Source of the DNA: a virus
Direction: 5' to 3' (one strand)
IMG/VR virus record: IMGVR_UViG_3300024261_002043
Location: 32,001-96,000 of that record
DNA: 64,000 nt
Shown: positions 59,878 through 64,000 of the stretch, in pieces
Position numbering within the stretch: position 1 is the first letter of the stretch
Layout of the letters: every line of letters begins with the position of its first letter
Translations under genes and position numbers: made by a program
Notes under the pieces: generated by a model
What the model saw: only the letters and a program-made list of their open reading frames with translations
What the model was told of the DNA's origin: nothing
Databases searched by the model: none

Positions 59878-59884
59878 TAAGTAT
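59878..59884 (-). promoter_or_regulatory. Candidate late promoter ATACTTA
   Basis: In the short gap ahead of yeaH. Confidence 0.45.
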
Positions 59885-59892
59885 TATTATAG

Positions 59893-60321
59893 TCAGCTGA
59901 GTGCAGAATAAAAGTAGTTAATTGGTGCTATAAGATAATTTAGGCAATTTTCGCAAAATTGCTCTTTGTCTACCCAACTAAAGTCTTCATGTTCTTGGAT
60001 ACCTGTTGTCGGGTTCTTGGTTATTAGAGGTGTGTTGTCAGTCGAAGCGCAAAAAACTGTTAAGGCACCATTTATATGGGGTGTACCGGAAAATAATAAT
60101 TCGTTATCTGATATTATAATTGAGCATTCTTCGAAGCATTCTCTTTTAGCTGTCTGTAACGGCGCCTCGTTATTATCCATAGTACCTTTGGGTATATCAA
60201 ATAAACCATCATCACGAATTAACGCTAACATCTTAGGGTTCTTTAGATGTAATGTATCTTTCTTTAGTATTAAGAAACCTGCTCCAGCCACGCTATTCTT
60301 TTTTCTCTTGCTTTCTTCCAT
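59893..60321 (-). CDS. NUDIX hydrolase
   Basis: PKGTMDNNEAPLQTAKRECFEEC Nudix box. Confidence 0.9.
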   Translation of the reverse strand: MEESKRKKNSVAGAGFLILKKDTLHLKNPKMLALIRDDGLFDIPKGTMDNNEAPLQTAKRECFEECSIIISDNELLFSGTPHINGALTVFCASTDNTPLITKNPTTGIQEHEDFSWVDKEQFCENCLNYLIAPINYFYSALS

Positions 60322-60643
60322 AATCATCTTCTAATCTTATCACGTCACTTAGGTGATTCGTACTTACTTCCATAATCTTTACATATTCACTATCAGGCGC
60401 ACAAAACCTGTGTATTTGTCCAGGACTAACATGAAGTACCTGACCTGGTGAGTGCCACGACATGTTGTTTTCTTTATCGTAATTCACAAGCGTACCTTCT
60501 AATACGTAGATTGTTTCTTCCTTAAAATTGTGGTACTGCTTAGACAAACGATGCCCGGGCGCTATAAAAATGATCTTAGCAACGTAGTCTTTGGTTTTAG
60601 CCCATATAATTTCATATCCCCAAGGCTTGTCTATTTTATTCAT
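60293..60643 (-). CDS. Cupin, mannose-6-phosphate isomerase type II C-terminal-like
   Basis: KPWGYE, RLSKQYH..KEET, PGQIHRF, EVST, RLEDDYGR. Confidence 0.85.
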   Translation of the reverse strand: MNKIDKPWGYEIIWAKTKDYVAKIIFIAPGHRLSKQYHNFKEETIYVLEGTLVNYDKENNMSWHSPGQVLHVSPGQIHRFCAPDSEYVKIMEVSTNHLSDVIRLEDDYGRKQEKKE

Positions 60644-61127
60644 TCTGATCCCCACTTTTGTCTGTTAGCCATGATGATGATTGTATTTTTCCTCCTCCTA
60701 CATTAAATAAGACTTGGCAGCCAATTTTTTGACATATATCCCATTCTGCGATATCACTAGGTTTAGCTCTATCACCACCCTTTGTAAAGAATGCTGGCTT
60801 AAGCTTGTCAATAGCCCCAATACAATTTTGACTGCCATCATCCCAAATTACGACGGCATCAACACCTCGAATACCAGCAATAATTTCTGCCCTTTCATCT
60901 TCGCACATAAATGGCTTGCCTTTTTTGCGTGTTAAAAAACCATCACCGTTAACGATTATGACTGTATAGCCACTATTTTTTTTGGCCAACTCCGTTGTTT
61001 CTATAATACATCTTAAGTGTCCTATATGTAAAGGATCGAACCCACCACATGTAGTATATATTGGAGCTGTATACCCACTGTCTTTATACACAGAAACATA
61101 ATCATCAATGCTTTTATAAACTTTCAC
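60636..61127 (-). CDS. Cytidylyltransferase family protein (TagD/RfaE-like)
   Basis: GGFDPLHIGH, KKGKPFM..ER, KGGDR, KIQSSS. Confidence 0.9.
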   Translation of the reverse strand: MKVYKSIDDYVSVYKDSGYTAPIYTTCGGFDPLHIGHLRCIIETTELAKKNSGYTVIIVNGDGFLTRKKGKPFMCEDERAEIIAGIRGVDAVVIWDDGSQNCIGAIDKLKPAFFTKGGDRAKPSDIAEWDICQKIGCQVLFNVGGGKIQSSSWLTDKSGDQNE

Positions 61128-62746
61128 TTTTTCATACTCCTTCTAAACTCTTGCGGAAATAGAGAACTATTAGAACTAAAGAATCTCTCAAAATCTGAAT
61201 CTAAAATATAGGTAACAGCCGAGTCTTCGTTTGATCTTACCGATCGACCTACAGACTGTACTATCGCTTTAGCTGTTTGTAAAGCGTACCACCATCTCCA
61301 TTTGTTCATTTTTTTCTTCACAAGCTTATCGCCCAGATAAGGATACGGCACCTTACATACAATCTGAAATCTGCTAAGATCATCCTTTAAGTCAACACCC
61401 TCTGACATCGATGGAGATATTAGGACGGTTGGCTTTTTAGATCTTTTGTGCTTTTCCAATATCATGTCACGGTTATGTGATCCATGGATCAGCAGTCTTG
61501 AGCTTCTAATGTTATTCTTTAGAAAATGTGCAATCTTATAAGAGTGGCAATGTATAATCCCTTTTTCGTTATTGTGTTGCTTTAATATTTCTTTTACTGC
61601 CATCGCCATTCTTGGCAACGTGTCATTTATAGATGATGCGTTCATTTTACCAATACCGCTATAAACTATAGGGCGATTTTCTATAGGGAATGGAGAAGGA
61701 AGGCTTATAAACGCAGCTTCTTGTTTTGGTATTCCCGCGCACTCACAAAATGCGTCTCTATCCAAGATAGTTGCAGACATCATAATGACCACGTCACCAT
61801 AACTATAAAGCATATCAGGAGCGTATGGGGCGATATCTATCGGCTTAAATTGTATTTTTCTTGAAGACCTTTGATCTTCATCTATCTTATTTAGAACCCA
61901 ATTATCCTTATCATATAGCTCTAAAAATCTGCGAACTTTACACACATGCTTATCTAACATCTCAAACTTTTTAGCCACATTAGAAAATTCACCAGACTTT
62001 ATTTTCTCTCTCAGCCCAATGTATTTTTCCATCATTTTCTCTAAATGCTTTAGTTTAGAACTGATAGTAGGTACGTAAGTATCAGTGATCCAGTTGATAT
62101 ATTGTAGCTGAGTCATATTTTCTGGTATCGAGAACCCTAGAAAACTAGTGCAAAACTTTTCAGAAAGTGTTACTTCTACAAACTTACTTAACTCATTATC
62201 TACATTGTGGGCCTCATCGATTATTAATACTTGTCTTGGAGTTATCTTACCCGCATATTGCGTCTCTGCTAAGAAGTATGGAAAGTTAGTTACGCTTTCT
62301 TTAGAGTTAAGAAAAGATTCTTTAGCATTTCTATATACACAATTGAATGTGCAAGATTTCCAGAACCGACTCTCCTTCTCGGCGGTCTTTAATGCCCTTA
62401 GACTTTCCCCGCAAGATGTTTTCTTATTAAAGTTGCATGTATAGTTTGACGAAGACTTAATAGACTTCATAGGCCCAGAGAAGCCTCCGAAATCGCTTAC
62501 ATATTGCTCTTGGAGGATCTTTTGTGTTGTCAAGAAATACGCACCCGGATCTTTGTTACTAGCCAAAGAGTTATAGACGTATCTAGATATTGTAAGACCT
62601 ATGGCACTCTTACCTACTCCCGTACCGGCTTCAATGATTACGAACTTCTTTCCACCAGTTATTGAGTCTAGAGCAAAGTCTATAGCTTCTTGCTGCTGGT
62701 CTCTAATCTCTTTATACGGAAAATGCTTCTTTATTTCTCTACTCAT
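61124..62746 (-). CDS. DinG/XPD-like SF2 helicase with Fe-S cysteines
   Basis: Q motif IRDQQ, EAGTGVGKS, IIDEAH, MSATI, EGVDL, QSVGRSVRS; start at ATG 62746 (GGAGG SD). Confidence 0.92.
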   Translation of the reverse strand: MSREIKKHFPYKEIRDQQQEAIDFALDSITGGKKFVIIEAGTGVGKSAIGLTISRYVYNSLASNKDPGAYFLTTQKILQEQYVSDFGGFSGPMKSIKSSSNYTCNFNKKTSCGESLRALKTAEKESRFWKSCTFNCVYRNAKESFLNSKESVTNFPYFLAETQYAGKITPRQVLIIDEAHNVDNELSKFVEVTLSEKFCTSFLGFSIPENMTQLQYINWITDTYVPTISSKLKHLEKMMEKYIGLREKIKSGEFSNVAKKFEMLDKHVCKVRRFLELYDKDNWVLNKIDEDQRSSRKIQFKPIDIAPYAPDMLYSYGDVVIMMSATILDRDAFCECAGIPKQEAAFISLPSPFPIENRPIVYSGIGKMNASSINDTLPRMAMAVKEILKQHNNEKGIIHCHSYKIAHFLKNNIRSSRLLIHGSHNRDMILEKHKRSKKPTVLISPSMSEGVDLKDDLSRFQIVCKVPYPYLGDKLVKKKMNKWRWWYALQTAKAIVQSVGRSVRSNEDSAVTYILDSDFERFFSSNSSLFPQEFRRSMKK

Positions 62747-62783
62747 ATAGTCCTCCAATTCTTATTAATTGTATTAGAGGGAC

Positions 62784-63578
62784 CTATGCTTTACTTAGTT
62801 TTGCTATGATTCTGTCTATGATCTGCAGTGTATATTCAGGACCAACTGTTTCGTACGCTCTATCAATCTTCTTTAGCTTTTCGTAGATGTGCCAATCGTT
62901 GCCACCTGGCTGACATCGATCACCAATGAAGTATACATCTTGATCTCTATAATACATAAGACCGTATGTCTTATCCCAGCCGCCTGGATATATATCAAAA
63001 CTTGTTGATCCCCCAAGCGCAACAGTCACGTTTCCTGACTTGTCATCAATATTTTTCTGTAACAGTTTTTGATAGTGGTCTCTTATTCTTTCTTTAGAAT
63101 CCAGATCCTCCCACTCTTTCCGTTCATACATTCCTGACTCTCTACCTATCGGGCACCAGTTTAAAAGTGATCCTCTATATTGCATAAATGTACCTGTATA
63201 AGGAAGATCTGGATAGTCATTCATAATTTTCAGTTGCAAAGCGCAACATGTTTTTAGTATTTTATTGTAGAGGCTCTTACCTATCTCATTGGTCATACTA
63301 ACGCTCGACGTCTGCTCAAACCCTCTATTTTTTATAAACGCGTATCTTTTCGTACCATTACAAGGAAGCAAATCAACTTTATTTTGTGCCAGATTTGCTA
63401 GGTTTGAAAGTTGAGGAAGTTGCTGTAGTATATAGTTGAAGTCAGAGCCAGTCAATATACCAATATTAGTATACGCAGACAGCTTCAACAATGACTGTAT
63501 GATCGCGCCATCAGCTTTCTCCCTCGGGGGTGTTAATGTTCCATCCATATCGAATAGTACTGTTGTTTTATTTGTCAT
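62784..63578 (-). CDS. Eukaryote-type phosphomannomutase (HAD-IIB, PMM family)
   Basis: LFDMDGTLTPPR, TGSD, YRGSLLNWCPIGR, GGSTSFDIYPGGWDKTY, FIGDR..GGND. Confidence 0.9.
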   Translation of the reverse strand: MTNKTTVLFDMDGTLTPPREKADGAIIQSLLKLSAYTNIGILTGSDFNYILQQLPQLSNLANLAQNKVDLLPCNGTKRYAFIKNRGFEQTSSVSMTNEIGKSLYNKILKTCCALQLKIMNDYPDLPYTGTFMQYRGSLLNWCPIGRESGMYERKEWEDLDSKERIRDHYQKLLQKNIDDKSGNVTVALGGSTSFDIYPGGWDKTYGLMYYRDQDVYFIGDRCQPGGNDWHIYEKLKKIDRAYETVGPEYTLQIIDRIIAKLSKA

Positions 63579-63603
63579 GAAGTTAACCCTTTATCTTATA
63601 GCC

Positions 63604-63610
63604 ATACTTA
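63604..63610 (+). promoter_or_regulatory. Candidate late promoter ATACTTA
   Basis: About 22 nt upstream of the plus-strand protease start. Confidence 0.45.
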
Positions 63611-63632
63611 AATTTAAAATAGGGAGGGAACC

Positions 63633-64000
63633 TTGATAAAAAAAATCACATCCGTAATATTTGGGTTGATTGTCTTTATTGCGACTCTTAGTGGTTGTCT
63701 TACCATATCGAATCCCTCTGGTAGAATTATAAGGACAACCACTGGAGAAGTAATTAAAAAAGATAACTCTTTTTTTCCGATACAGTCATTTGTAATGACA
63801 GCACAATCGTTTATACTTACGTCGGAAGTCTGTAGTAAAGCTGGTGAGTGTGAGCAAAGTATACTAAGCAAATCAAGCTCGGTAGCTTCTGGTGTTATTG
63901 TAAAAACAGATACTGATACAAGCTACGTTCTTACAGCAGGACATGTATGTTTACCTCCCCCTCCTAATACAAGCCTCCCCGGAATTCTAAAAGTCACATA
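63633..64000 (+). CDS. Partial trypsin-like serine protease with lipoprotein signal peptide (not in the ORF track)
   Basis: GGGAGGG SD, TTG start; MIKKITSVIFGLIVFIATLSGC lipobox; ASGVIV...YVLTAGHVC catalytic-His motif; open to the window end. Confidence 0.85.
   Translation, partial: MIKKITSVIFGLIVFIATLSGCLTISNPSGRIIRTTTGEVIKKDNSFFPIQSFVMTAQSFILTSEVCSKAGECEQSILSKSSSVASGVIVKTDTDTSYVLTAGHVCLPPPPNTSLPGILKVT

Noticed and set aside
409-62444. Many plus-strand ORFs of 60-220 aa (e.g. 4608-5183, 5460-6041, 44077-44730, 50622-51233)
   Set aside because: They are antisense shadows of long minus-strand genes, with no motifs or SD support
62784-63578. Eukaryotic or NCLDV origin of the contig, suggested by the PMM and many GTs
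   Set aside because: SD sites, overlapping operons, sigma factors and contractile-tail baseplate genes indicate a bacteriophage
63614-63871. Minus-strand 85-aa ORF in the track
   Set aside because: It is the shadow of the plus-strand protease, which has an SD, a lipobox and a catalytic motif
1-64000. Stop-codon reassignment, tRNA genes, introns or inteins
   Set aside because: Genes are full length in code 11 with TAG, TGA and TAA all used as stops; intergenic gaps are short with no cloverleaf seen; no split genes or intein motifs noticed by eye

Overview
This window is a gene-dense, AT-rich segment of a large (probably jumbo) myovirus-type tailed phage genome. Nearly all genes are on the minus strand, in the standard genetic code, with Shine-Dalgarno signals. 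From left to right: (i) 0.2-24.3 kb virion tail/baseplate block, with fibre-like and LamG proteins, gp7-, gp6- and gp25-like wedge proteins and a spike. (ii) A T4 gp55-like late sigma factor. (iii) A 17 kb glycan island at 25.7-43.0 kb: 9 glycosyltransferase genes including GT10 and GT11 fucosyltransferases, gmd, fcl, a PseB/CapD-like dehydratase, a DegT aminotransferase and 2 methyltransferases. It has no export, polymerase or lipid-carrier genes and is interrupted by a Cas4/RecB-like nuclease. (iv) An AT-rich non-coding patch with (TAACTGAA)n repeats. (v) Two tail-fibre genes, one with an S74 chaperone domain. (vi) PIN-PhoH and a stand-alone sigma region-4 protein. (vii) An apparent operon: yeaH-spoVR-prkA, a membrane protein, a GroEL-like protein lacking the ATPase motif, a YkuK RNase H, three unknowns and Hc1. 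(viii) NUDIX, cupin, cytidylyltransferase, DinG-like helicase, eukaryote-type phosphomannomutase and a partial lipoprotein serine protease. The best candidate for a new system is a recurring hydrophobic-[S/T]-G-S motif (variants [S/T]-A-S, S-S-S) enriched in outer virion proteins flanking the glycan island, which suggests a phage-encoded, sequon-directed virion glycosylation system. A candidate late promoter, ATANTTA, also precedes the PrkA operon. All family calls are from motif recognition by eye; no searches were run.
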